A stretch of 64,000 nucleotides of DNA, taken from positions 30,008,001-30,072,000 of the forward strand of contig OZ024752.1 of assembly GCA_964016885.1 (NCBI GenBank), read 5' to 3'. The stretch comes from Eledone cirrhosa. Its lineage: Eukaryota. Below are positions 1 through 11,960 of this stretch, piece by piece. The notes under the pieces were generated by a model that saw only the letters and a list, made by a program, of their open reading frames with translations, did not search any database and was not told the DNA's origin. Position 1 is the first letter of the stretch, and each line of letters starts with the position of its first letter. The position numbers and the translations under genes are program-made.

Positions 1-10
1 TAGTAACAGT

Positions 11-51
11 CCGAGCTGAAGATCCGCATAAGGTGAAACAATTGTTCTCGG
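11..51 (+). ncRNA. Minimal type-I hammerhead ribozyme
   Basis: CCGAG-CTGAAGA-T CC gcataa GG T-GAAAC-AATT-GTT-CTCGG. Stem I CCGAG/CTCGG is extended by TAACAGT(4-10)/ACTGTTG(64-70). Stem III is the palindrome ACAATTGT. Confidence 0.8.
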
Positions 52-245
52 TATGGTGAATTAACTGTTGTGTTAGTACTTCTACCAAACTCGTCCCATG
101 GACTGGGTGGTCTACTACTACAGATATTGCCTTCTAGTGTTCTTACTTTATATATTTATATATATATTTATTATATGTACAGATTAAAGTTTAAGCAAAG
201 AATCACTGCTTTCACCCTTTTATAGGATCTTCATATATATATATA

Positions 246-281
<36 letters not shown>

Positions 282-1022
282 ATTCTTATAGAGCCCTCTT
301 CAAATTTTAGTCTTCACATTTATTATTACTATATATATATATATATATGTATACATATAATTTCTGAAGAAGTAATATCATTCTCAGATTCAATTCTGAG
401 GTACATAGTTATGAGGTTAAAGGGATGGATCATAAACTAATGGATGGGTTATTGTCTAAGTTTGAATATCACTACTGTTATTGGGATTTGCCTCTGAGCA
501 AAACAAACTAACTCTACATGCTCCGTTTTGCTTGACTGGATGAATGGTTAGCAGTAGAAAGAGAATCTAGCTATAAAAACAAATGCTTCAAGAAATATCC
601 TTTCCTTTGTGCTAGTATGGAATAATGGATCTAAAATAGTACAAAACAAAAAACAAATCTAAAGAAAGGTGAATTTTATAAAGTTGAAGGAACCGACATT
701 ACATTAAATACTGTCTTAGTTTAAAAAAACAAAACAAAAAATATTTTTATCTCTAAAAAGAAAAAGTTAAAAAGGTGAAGAATATGCTTAACATTGTGTG
801 GTGTATAGAAATGAAAAAAATGTTGAAATATAAACCTGGATAAAAAGAAACAAATGTATGATAGAATTTTCTTCTGACAATACATGGACAAGTAAAAATG
901 TTTTGAGTACAAAATGGGTCTAAAATCAATTGGAAAACTTCTATACAGCAGCAGGAGAATTCCATGGATCAAGATAAAGTTAAATACTTAATAATGGCTT
1001 GATTCTTTACTTTGTTTTTTTT

Positions 1023-1181
1023 TTAAACTATATTTTTCTTTAAAGGAAGGAACATATCCATTGACTGAGTTAGATTAAGAGCATTTTTATTGATCAACAC
1101 TTTTTTTATGTTGCTATATGATACACAAGTAGGAAGAGCAGATAGGAATGTTAAAAGGGAAGACTTATAATCTGGATCTGA
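1023..1181 (-). CDS. Possible next or alternative terminal exon of the ankyrin gene
   Basis: Good acceptor ctttatttttcacAG about 134 nt downstream of the ankyrin exon donor; phase-0 frame SDPDYKSSLLTFLSALP...KNIV* is open. It does not continue the ankyrin consensus. Confidence 0.2.
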   Translation of the reverse strand, partial: SDPDYKSSLLTFLSALPTCVSYSNIKKVLINKNALNLTQSMDMFLPLKKNIV

Positions 1182-1315
1182 CTGTGAAAAATAAAGTATT
1201 ACATTTTTCTTACAAAGTCTGCAAAATATAATATTTCTTAACATGGTCACAAGATATATTATAAATATTTTCTAAATTAAATAAGATGTTTTAAACTATT
1301 TTGTTAAATACTTAC

Positions 1316-1444
1316 TTTGTCTAGAGGATTCACATCAACTTTATTTTCTATAAGTACTTTTACTACATCTTCACAGCTTTTGTTACATGCATGATGTAGT
1401 GCAGTCATGTTATGGCCATCGATACAATTGATATTAGCACCAGC
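1316..1444 (-). CDS. Internal coding exon of an ankyrin-repeat protein gene
   Basis: On the minus strand: acceptor cttccatttttcAG, 129 nt in phase 0 encoding AGANINCIDGHNMTALHHACNKSCEDVVKVLIENKVDVNPLDK, then donor GTAAGT. Matches the ankyrin consensus (GA.VN..D..G.T.LH.A......VV.LL.....VN). Absent from the ORF track. Confidence 0.9.
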
Positions 1445-1470
1445 CTGAAAAATGGAAGTATGATTCAGTA

Positions 1471-1663
1471 AATAATTGTTTCTACTTTTGGCACAAGGCC
1501 AGCAATTATCCCAGTGTATTACTGGTACTTTATTTTATCAACCCCGTAAGGATGAAAGGCAAAGTTAACCTTGGTGGGATTTGAACTCAGACCATATAGG
1601 GACGTAACTCTTTGCTGCAAAGCATGGCATCCGACCCTCTACCGATACTGCCAATCCACCGCC
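1471..1663 (-). mobile_element. tRNA-derived SINE, family A
   Basis: GGCGGTGGATTGGCAG head, B-box GAGTTCAAATCC, body CTTTGCCTTTCATCCTTACGGGG, AAT-type tail. About 18-bp TSD atgattcag(t/c)aaataatt at 1460 and 1664. Confidence 0.9.
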
Positions 1664-1854
1664 ATGATTCAGCAAATAATTATTATAAAACAGAACTATT
1701 ATAAACATTTTCATTGATACATTAAAACAAAATAAAAACAAAAAAAAAAACCCAAAACAAAACAACCTAAAGTATATTTTCCCAAATGAAAGAAATTTAA
1801 AGTCTTTAAAAGAATTAAAACTAGAGCAATTGAATCAAATTATAATTTCCAGTG

Positions 1855-1885
<31 letters not shown>

Positions 1886-2352
1886 AAATTGATTGAAATT
1901 ACTAATAAAAGAGAAGAAAAGAGAATAAAACAAAGATATCAGGTTATGGCAAGTAAAGCTTACTTGCTAAAGCAATGATCAGAAATGTGACACTCAAAAT
2001 ACATTGTTTTTATGAATATTGATCGATTTTTATGTCAATGAAAACTGATCTAATATTGCATTACTTATTTCTTCTTTTTCAACTCAAGTATATAATGCAT
2101 TACATACATTACATACAATATATTGATACAGGTGAGTTCATAAGCTCCTTCAGAACAGCTCATAAATATCATTCCAAACTTTTTATCATTCCTACTGAAT
2201 ATGATAGCTTCATTTCTATTTCTTTTTTGCATGTATTTCATTGTGTATTTATCTACTTATTATCTGATGTTGTTTTGTAAAAGCATCAAAATTATTTCAA
2301 CCATTGAAATCACAAACCTAGAATCTACAATTCTAAAATTATTTACTTTTTA

Positions 2353-2801
2353 TTAACCCTTTAGTTACCAACCCAGCTAAAACCAGCTCTGGTTCTACAA
2401 AATAAAATCACCCATTTTAAAGGTTTCCAGTTTAAATTAAAATCTTCTAACATAATTTTATATAAGAACCTTACATTAAATTACTATCTTAGTAATAAAA
2501 TAATAATTTTAGTAAACCACTCAAAATTCTTCATTAATTAAATAAAATAGTGTGTATTTTAGTAAACCCCTCAAAATTCTTCATTAATTAAATAAAATAG
2601 TGTGTATTTCATTAAATTCTTCAAATTGTTGATTATTTTCAAAGTGAAGGATTTAGTAAAAAAAGACAACTTTCTCATTATTAAGCTGGTGTTAGGAACA
2701 CAACTTAAAATTTCTTACATAAAATTATGATGTAATGTTTTAAATAAATATAAATATTTAGAATCAGGGGCAGTTTTAAGTAATTTGGTTTCAAAAAGTT
2801 T
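2353..2801. mobile_element. Degenerate piggyBac-type MITE
   Basis: Starts TTAA CCCTTTAGTTACC with a decayed right TIR and an internal ~51-bp tandem duplication. Related to 15315-15537. Confidence 0.55.
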
Positions 2802-3223
2802 ACGGAAGTGACTGAGACTCAAAGATATTGATTAATGCCTGCAAGAGAGATGACTGCATCTCTATAACCATGAAACAATAATACTATGTGGAATTGTATT
2901 GTAAATTAATAGATTTGATAGTGAAAAGTAAGCAGCACTGAGAATTATTGAAGAAGTTGAAGTACTTGGATAAGATTTCTTCCATGTACTGTGTCATTTG
3001 TTTTGTTATTTATGTTATTTCTGTTTACCTTTTAGTTCATCATTTCCGTTTAGCCTCAATTCTTCTATGCTTAGGTTAGACGGGTTGTCCATGCTGGGAG
3101 GCAAGTCTGGCCATGGTTGGCGAGGACTGTAAATTTGACCAGGTATTTTACAGTTGGATGCCCTTCCTAACACGGCGTGTGTTTTCGCGTATGCACGTGT
3201 ATGTATGTATATAGATGTGTGTA

Positions 3224-3405
3224 TCATCATCATCATCAACATCATTTTACGTTCGCTTTTCCCTGCTTGCAAGGGTCGGAAGGGTCCTATTCAGCACAGC
3301 ATCTCTCCATTGTCACAGTCCCTCGTCATCTCCTCCGTGAGTTTCAGTGACCTGAGGTCTGCTCTCACCACCTCCGCCCATGTTTTTCGTGGTCTACCTC
3401 TACTG
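3224..3405 (-). mobile_element. RTE-clade LINE 3' end (5'-truncated)
   Basis: Minus-strand translation RGRPRKTWAEVVRADLRSLKLTEEMTRD followed by an (ATG)n tail. Shorter copies at 7676-7775 (-) and 10921-11002 (+). Confidence 0.85.
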
Positions 3406-3748
3406 TCATTTTCATTCAACTAATTTATTTACATTATTCTTAACTCTGAAGCCAAGAATCATTCGGTTTCCTAAATAGAATATTAGTCTAATAACTCCAT
3501 TTATACCATAAACGTGGTTTTGTCTTTGCGTGTAATTGTTCTCATCGCTCCACATAACCACGTATTATCTTTGCTTTTTTCCGTTCATTTCCAGGCAACA
3601 TCTAGTATCGTCGTCCTGTTTTCCTTCGGTTGCAATGTTTTTTGAAATATTTACTTCGGCGTTCACAAATTGATTTTTTTTGTTTCAGAAGATCTTGTTA
3701 AGGGTGAAAGCAGCGATTCTTTGCTTAAACTTTAATCTTGTTATTTTA

Positions 3749-3790
<42 letters not shown>

Positions 3791-4167
3791 ATGTTGACCC
3801 AGGTGGTTTATGTAGCATATTAAATGGGCTGATGATGATGATAATAAGGATGATGTTTTTGATAATTATTATCGTGTTGATGGTTTTGATGATATTTTGT
3901 AAAAAAAAGACACTTTATGCACATTTTGACATTAGGATAGTTATTTCAACACACCCAACATAGCTCAACCTTTTAATCCTAATTTATCATATTTCTGTAT
4001 ACATTAAAATTGACTGGTTTCATTACTTAAATAGATAACACATTCAGTACACACCCACAAATATACATGGATGTATATGGTGTTATTGTATATTCTTAAT
4101 TTCATATGAGTGCATGGGAAGCAGATGCTACGTGTTTAATATATATGTATATATCATCATCATCATG

Positions 4168-4224
<57 letters not shown>

Positions 4225-4338
4225 TTGTGTGAGTGTGTGTATGTCTCTGTGTGTGTGTGTGTATACATATCATCATAATATATATATATATATATACAAA
4301 GTGTTAAAATGATCAAATTTTAGTTTAGAACATTTATT

Positions 4339-4385
4339 TGCTGACAATTGTTTCTTCCAGAGGGAAGTCTGGAATCATCGGAATA
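4339..4385 (-). ncRNA. Degenerate hammerhead ribozyme
   Basis: CCGATGA (core mutated)-TTCCAGA cttccc TCTGGAA-GAAAC-AATT-GTC; stem I is decayed. Confidence 0.55.
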
Positions 4386-4946
4386 GGGAATGTCGAAACA
4401 TGTAACTAAAATCCTAGTCATTTAGAACATTTAGGGTACATAATTGTTATTAGTGTCAAAGGCATCATGTGGAGAGTCAGGAGTTAAAAAGGTGTTCTGC
4501 TTGAAAGAACACAATTACTGACAGCACTGGTTGGAAGTGTAAGAGGTATAAGTAAAAAACACAAGCAAAAAAGTTATAAGCAAGGAAAATTGGTGTACAA
4601 TGCAAGAGTCATTACAGTCAATAAGGCATGTATGAGGAAAGAGTTATAATGCAGTTGAAATAAACATATTTTGTGTGGGGTGTTAAAGCATGTTTAATTG
4701 TTATAAATGTTTAAGATAGTGTGCAAATTGTTAGAGAGGCATGTGGTGATAAGAAGGTATTTGTTATGTAAGGTGTAATGTAAAGCACGGGGTAGAGATG
4801 GATAGGCGATTTTCATTTCAGTGTTTTTGTGTTGTAGTTCGTATTTATGTGTATGTGTTTGTTACTCACAGCTATTAACCATGGGATTATTTTGAGTCAT
4901 TTATAGTCAATTGGTGTTTGTTTGTTAAATGATGTATACATATATA

Positions 4947-5029
<83 letters not shown>

Positions 5030-5766
5030 ACATATACTTTGGTTCCATCAACCTAAAAAGGGACATAGTTACACATGCTTTGTCAGTTAAGGAGGAGGAA
5101 ATTAAGTATAGACAAGTGGTTGTTAAGTGATGTCAAGTACATTTACGAAGGTGTTATTTTTTCCATCAATGTAGGGAATTTAAAAGTTGCTGGATTTTTC
5201 ATCTGAGTCCCTATTTCCAGTTTAGTAGTAATTCTTTATTCTGTCACACTTCAGAAAGAGATTAAAAAACTGTTAACTGTTAACTCTTAAAGATTCCTTA
5301 ATCAGGTATTATAAAAAAAATGCAAGGAAAGTGGAAGGCAATATTTAAATGTAAGACACCGACATTTGATATAGCTGTAACTTAAGAAGCAACATTAATC
5401 CTTAAATGGAAAGGAAGAAATTTAATAGTAGATAAAATAAATAATAAACTAGTGAATGTATTGAGAACAATGGCATTCATAGGAGACTGAGTGGCTGACT
5501 ATATAGTCTTGAGCTCAGATAAAACAGAAACTATATTCAATTTATGTGTAATGATTATGTTCTTACTTCACTAAAACAATGTTAAAGGTTGTTAGGTTCG
5601 ATAAAATAAAGTTCCAGTAATGTACTGAGTAATTGCTGGCCTTGTGCCAAAAGTAGAAACAATTATTATTATTATTGTTGTTGTTGTTGTTGTAAGATGT
5701 GTTTAGGGGCATAGCCTGTAGTTAATATATTGGATAAAAATCAGAATATGTTTTTTTAATGTTGAG

Positions 5767-5768
<2 letters not shown>

Positions 5769-5839
<71 letters not shown>

Positions 5840-5931
5840 TATATACATATATATATACATATATATATACATATATATATACATATATATATACATATAT
5901 ATATAACATATATATATACATATATATATAC

Positions 5932-5964
<33 letters not shown>

Positions 5965-5979
5965 CACATATATATATAC

Positions 5980-6011
<32 letters not shown>

Positions 6012-6253
6012 ATGTATATATATATATATTATATATATAATATATATATATGATATATATATATATATTATATATATACATATATATATATATACATACA
6101 TATATATATATACATATATATATATACATACATATATATATACATACATATATATATACATACATATATATATACATATATCTTTATATATATACATATA
6201 TCTTTATATATATATATATATCTTTATATATATATACGTATATATATATATAC

Positions 6254-6292
<39 letters not shown>

Positions 6293-6519
6293 CATACATA
6301 TATATATACATACATATATATATACATATATCTTTATATATATATATATATCTTTATATATATATACATATATATATGTTTATATATATACATATATATA
6401 TAAATACATATATATATACATACATATATATATACATATATCTTTATATATATATATCTTTATATATATATACATATATATATATATATACATATATATA
6501 TACATATATATATACATAT

Positions 6520-6550
<31 letters not shown>

Positions 6551-6708
6551 CATATATACATATATATATGTATATATATATATACATATATATACATATA
6601 TATATATACATGAATATATATATATACATATATACATATATATATGTATATATATATATACATATATATATGCATATATACATGTATATATATATATACA
6701 TATATATA
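5769..6708. repeat. Compound (TA)n/(TATAC)n microsatellite
   Basis: Directly visible; source of the Y/I-rich ORFs. Confidence 0.97.
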
Positions 6709-7557
6709 AACAATTAAGTTAAAAATGTACATCTACATATGCATACTGAAATACTAGTGTGTATATGAATACACACACGTATACATATGTAGGTGTACCA
6801 AGTCTTTCACTGGTCGCTTTACAGTGAGCGGCCCAGCTATTCTGTATGTAAACACACAGACAAACCGGTTTTTAGAGTCATACTGGTTTTTCGGGGGAAC
6901 ACCTTCCCCCTATTCTCCAGAAAGCCAGACAAGGAATATTGAACTAGTTTCGTTGTTGTTACAACTCATCAGCAATATTTACCTATCTACCGGCCTTTCT
7001 GGAGAATTGTAAAAGCACATATCGTTATATGCTTTTTCTATGAAAATTAGTAGTGGGCAGACTAATTTGCATAGAGTGTGAGTACGCACCGGTTCAGCGG
7101 AGACGATAAAAACAAATAACGAAACGAAATTAAATTTCGTTTCGTTTGTAACTCACTTTTGTATGACTGACGCTTAAACAATTAAGTTAAAAATGTACAT
7201 CTACATATGCATACTGAAATACTAGTGTGTATATGAATACACACACGTATACATATGTAGGTGTACCAAGTCTTTCACTGGTCGCTTTACAGTGAGCGGC
7301 CCAGCTATTCTGTATGTAAACACACAGACCGGTTTGTCTGTGTGTTTACATACAGAATAGCTGGGCCGCTCACTGTAAAGCGACCAGTGAAAGACTTGGT
7401 ACACCTACATATGTATACGTGTGTGTATTCATATACACACTAGTATTTCAGTATGCATATGTAGATGTACATTTTTAACTTAATTGTTTAAGCGTCAGTC
7501 ATACAAAAGTGAGTTACAAACGAAACGAAATTTAATTTTGTTTCGTTATTTGTTTTT
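6707..7557 (-). mobile_element. Penelope-like/retrozyme-like element: 468-bp unit, partial tandem copy and inverted segment
   Basis: 6707-6851 is repeated at 7175-7329 (period 468). 7328-7557 is the reverse complement of ~7108-7330. Contains a hammerhead and has (TA)n on both sides. Confidence 0.8.
6935..6979 (-). ncRNA. Minimal type-I hammerhead ribozyme
   Basis: AATATTG-CTGATGA-GTTGT aaca ACAAC-GAAAC-TA-GTT-CAATATT. Perfect 7-bp stem I, 5-bp stem II, palindromic ACTAGT stem III; outer helix TTCTCCAGAAAG/CTTTCTGGAGAA. Confidence 0.92.
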
Positions 7558-7774
7558 ACATATATATATATATACATATATGTATATACATGTATGTATA
7601 TATATATATATATACATACATATATATATATACATATACATATATACATATATGTATATACATATATATATATACATCATCATCATCATCATCATTTTAC
7701 GTCCGCTTTTCCCTGCTTGCAAGGGTGGGACGGGTCTTATTCAGCACAGCATCTCTCCACTCGTCATCTCCACC

Positions 7775-7809
7775 ATATATATATACATATATATATATAT
7801 ATACATATA

Positions 7810-7840
<31 letters not shown>

Positions 7841-7918
7841 ATATATACATATATACATATATATACATATATACATACATATATATATATACATATATAC
7901 ATACATATATATATATAC

Positions 7919-7969
<51 letters not shown>

Positions 7970-7970
7970 C

Positions 7971-8013
<43 letters not shown>

Positions 8014-8048
8014 TATATACATATATATATATACATATATATATATAC

Positions 8049-8081
<33 letters not shown>

Positions 8082-8094
8082 CATATATATATAC

Positions 8095-8129
<35 letters not shown>

Positions 8130-8160
8130 CATATATATATACATATATATATATATATAC

Positions 8161-8203
<43 letters not shown>

Positions 8204-8210
8204 TATATAC

Positions 8211-8251
<41 letters not shown>

Positions 8252-8278
8252 CATATATATATACATATATATATATAC

Positions 8279-8345
<67 letters not shown>

Positions 8346-8408
8346 CATATATATACATATATATATATACATATATATATATACATATATATACATATAT
8401 ATATATAC

Positions 8409-8475
<67 letters not shown>

Positions 8476-8486
8476 CATATATATAC

Positions 8487-8535
<49 letters not shown>

Positions 8536-8589
8536 TATACATATATATATATACATATATATACATATATATATATACATATATATATA
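7775..8589. repeat. (TA)n/(TATAC)n microsatellite
   Basis: Directly visible. Confidence 0.97.
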
Positions 8590-8645
8590 AATGTAAGTAT
8601 GTATGTATACGTACATACATATATGTATTCAGACGTACAGTAGCA

Positions 8646-8685
<40 letters not shown>

Positions 8686-9017
8686 CAGGTACACATACAT
8701 ATATGTACGTATCAGTTTAGCGGATGCTTATTATAACGCCCGCTTTGTTCGTTTGTAAACAAACTGAACAGCCTGAATTTATGCCGTACGGTGTTAAGGC
8801 AACCACGTCACCTTTTTGTTCAACACTGACACAGGAACGATGTACTAGTTTCAAGCTTGTTAGCTATCATCAGCACCGTATACCCTGAAAGGTGACGTGG
8901 TTGCCTTAAGACCGTACGGCATAAATTCAGGCTGTTCAGTTTGTTTACAAACGAACAAAGTGGATGTTATAATAAGCGTCCGCTAAACTGATGCGTACAT
9001 ATATATATGTGTACCTG

Positions 9018-9063
<46 letters not shown>

Positions 9064-9175
9064 TGCTACTGTACGTCTGTATACATATATGTATGTACGT
9101 ATACATACATACTTACATTTAAGTAAGTGCCGTACTAAGAGTGAGAAATGAAATTTCGTTTTCATTTTATTACAA
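8589..9175 (-). mobile_element. Fold-back Penelope-like/retrozyme-like element
   Basis: About 225-bp inverted arms (8589-8815 / 8888-9121) around a ~70-bp spacer holding a hammerhead; embedded in (TA)n. Confidence 0.8.
8837..8879 (-). ncRNA. Minimal type-I hammerhead ribozyme
   Basis: ACGGTG-CTGATGA-T AGCT aaca AGCT T-GAAAC-TA-GTA-CATCGT. Confidence 0.88.
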
Positions 9176-9226
9176 CATATATATATATATATACATATAT
9201 ATACATATATACATATATAGATATAC

Positions 9227-9257
<31 letters not shown>

Positions 9258-9282
9258 CATATATACATATATATATACCCAC

Positions 9283-9323
<41 letters not shown>

Positions 9324-9325
9324 CA

Positions 9326-9365
<40 letters not shown>

Positions 9366-9809
9366 CATATATATATATATACACACACACACACATATGT
9401 TAGAAGAGTAACAGTTATTAGTAGTGGGATGTTAAGATGTATAATTTGATGAATGGATGAAAGGAAGATAAATATTATAAGCAGAGCAGATTATATAGAG
9501 TTACATTTTTTTAATGATGTGAAGCTAAAATATAGAGAATCTATGTATGTTATCTAATCTTATGTTAGTATATAGAAAAATGTTGTTTATGGAAATGTTA
9601 TCAATAAGTTATATAACATTTAGACATTTTTTTTTATTTTAAAAGTTTTACCAAAGCAATTTTAAACAGATATTTATGTAATTCCTTTTCTATTTTAATA
9701 TAAAATATAAAGATAGTTCGTTTTAATACATGATATAAGAATAGCTCATTTTAATAAATCATATAAAGATACTTCATTTTCCCCAATAAAATCTCACTGC
9801 TGCAGCCAC

Positions 9810-9986
9810 CAATTGGCAGGAAACCAAGAGTAAGATGGTTGGATAATGTCCATGAGCTTGGCTGATCTCACTTGGGGACCCAGCCAGATCAAATGGAGAC
9901 AGTTGTTTCTGACAGGACCCACTGGAAGGAATGTTTGAGGACTCTGCGCCGATGACCTTCCTCGGAATTAGTGGGCAAAGAAGAAT
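9810..9986 (+). mobile_element. RTE-clade LINE 3' fragment
   Basis: Encodes RKPRVRWLDNVHELG*SHLGTQPDQMETVVSDRTHWKECLRTL with a GAA tail; same family as 59180-59476 and 49220-49432. Confidence 0.8.
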
Positions 9987-10017
9987 ATATGAATGATAGT
10001 TATAGTACTACTACCCA

Positions 10018-10226
10018 TATTTGCTTCTACTTTAGGCACAAGGCCAGCAATTTAAAGGGTAGGGAATGTCAATGAAATAGACCCCAGTGCATTACTGGTT
10101 CTTTATTTCACCAATCCCATAAGGATGAAGGGCAAAGCTAAGCTTGGTGGGATTTGAACTCAGAACCTAAAGATACGTAACTATCGACTATGAAGCATAT
10201 TGTCTGATGCTCTACCAATTACTGTC
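10018..10226 (-). mobile_element. SINE family A, diverged
   Basis: Shares GGCACAAGGCCAGCAAT, AGGATGAAGGGCAAAG and GGGATTTGAACTCAG blocks. Confidence 0.8.
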
Positions 10227-10548
10227 AATAATATGTTTATTAGACACAACAGGCTGCTTACAGAATTAGAGTATACATTATAAGCATGGAGGAGGGGGGG
10301 GGCGTACAATACATACAGCTTCACTGATGCCTTCATCTTTGTGGCATCCATTACTTTCCAAGGTGTATTCATGATAATTGAAACTTAAAATAGGAAACCA
10401 ACAAAATTATCTATCAATTATTAATTAGCTTAGTAAGCTTTAATGATATGTGACATCTAATTATTCTGTGACTTATTATGTTTTTGCTCTGGTCCAAATA
10501 TAGAGCAAGTCACATTGATATCAACTATCAAATCTGTGTTCAATACTT

Positions 10549-10764
10549 TTAACCCTCTAGTATTTAAACTGGCCATATATGGCCAGAATTCTCTCACCTC
10601 TTTCTGTTCAAACTGGTTGTAACTGGCCGTTCATACTGAGGTTAAGGTATTGTTCTCAAAATAAATAATATCAAAATCTCATAGATTTGGTATTATGAGA
10701 GGCAAAGCATTTACCATGAAAATACAATAGTATATAAAGAGTAATGTAAATGCTAAAGGGTTAA
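10549..10764. mobile_element. piggyBac-type MITE (~210 bp)
   Basis: TTAA-CCCTCTAGTATTTA...TAAATGCTAAAGGG-TTAA; other copies at 15103, 40295 and 61882. Confidence 0.85.
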
Positions 10765-11227
10765 TATACAATCTATTTAGCTAGTCAAGAATCTCATATG
10801 ACAGTATATTATGTTTATAGATGGTGACTAAAATATGAATTAAGTGATGATTGATTGCCATGCCTTGAAAATATACTTTTAGCTCTAACAAGATTCCTTA
10901 GCATCTAAAAAAGTTGAGACTCACAGAGATGATGTGCTAAGAAGGACCTGTCCAACCCATGTAAGTGTGGAAAAAACAGTCCTTAAAACAATGATGATGA
11001 TGACTGAAATATTGATGAGGAGGAGAAAGAAAAGTAGGTTGGGAGATTTTTTTTGTTGAAGTTGTATTTCTAGGTTTATTTTTATTGGAAATAGGAATTC
11101 TGTTGTATGTGGAAGGAGAGGGAGGGGGCACAATTCGACCAATTCTTCCAAGTTGTTTTTTTACTGTAAAGTTGTTTGACTCTATTGTTCTGCTAAAACA
11201 TTCTTTTTTTATGTTTTTTTTTTGTGT

Positions 11228-11574
11228 TATGAGGGTGGGTTGAAAAGTTCATAGGCTGACTATGAAGGAGTGATGCTAGAGCTGTGCAATCTTGCATGCA
11301 TTAATTTCACCTCTTCTTATTAATAACTCCATTGTTTCTTTGCAGAGACTATGTTGTAAAATAAATTATATTTAGTCATTCCATGAGAGTGTCTTGGTCA
11401 GCCTATGAAGGAGTGAATCTAGAACTGTAAAATCTTGCATACATTAATTTCACTTCTTATTAATAACTGCATTGTTTTTTTCCAGGGACTATGCTGAAAA
11501 ATAAACCTCATTTGGTAATTCCATGTGAGTATCTTGGTCAGCCTATGAACTTAATTTTTCAGCCGACCCTCTTA
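11228..11574. mobile_element. Tc1/mariner-type MITE with internal tandem duplication
   Basis: TA-TGAGGGTGGGTTGAAAAGTTCATAGGCTGAC ... GTCAGCCTATGAAC..TTTTCAGCCGACCCTCT-TA; related copies at 55794-55979 and 62370-62690. Confidence 0.8.
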
Positions 11575-11639
11575 TACAGAAATTTAATCTTATATTATTA
11601 CCTAAGAATTTTGAAATTCAAAACAAATATAGTCTATAC

Positions 11640-11960
11640 CAGGGGTGTGCAACAGGTGTTCTGCGGCACACAATCTGGCCCACCAAACCAGTCAGAGAGG
11701 CCTGCGATGACCGTTTTTAATTTTTAGCTTGTAGATTTATTTACAATTTTCTTTTTGTAACCGTAATTAAATTTTCTGTTAGATGACCTATATTAAAGGG
11801 CTTCACTGACAGGGTTTTGTGTGTTTTAATTTCCCAGTTCCATGTTATGGAAAGAAGTTGTGGTGAATCTTTGGAATAGTGCTTAATAAATATTAATGGC
11901 CATAATAGTTGTTCTAATGCTCAAAAGTGGCCCGCCAATGGAATATGTTGCACATCCCTG
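11640..11960. mobile_element. hAT-superfamily MITE
   Basis: TIRs CAGGGGTGTGCAACA / TGTTGCACATCCCTG with a perfect 8-bp TSD GTCTATAC (11632-11639, 11961-11968). Confidence 0.92.

Noticed and set aside
4400-4935. Penelope GIY-YIG/RT coding remnant upstream of the 4339 hammerhead
   Set aside because: Only a vague ...HNKYLL resemblance; no RT or GIY-YIG motif could be read, so no autonomous PLE ORF is claimed anywhere in the window.
5703-9449. Long Y/I/H-rich ORFs up to 376 aa, and similar ORFs at 28-39 kb
   Set aside because: They are translations of stop-free (TA)n/(TATAC)n microsatellites, open in several frames on both strands.
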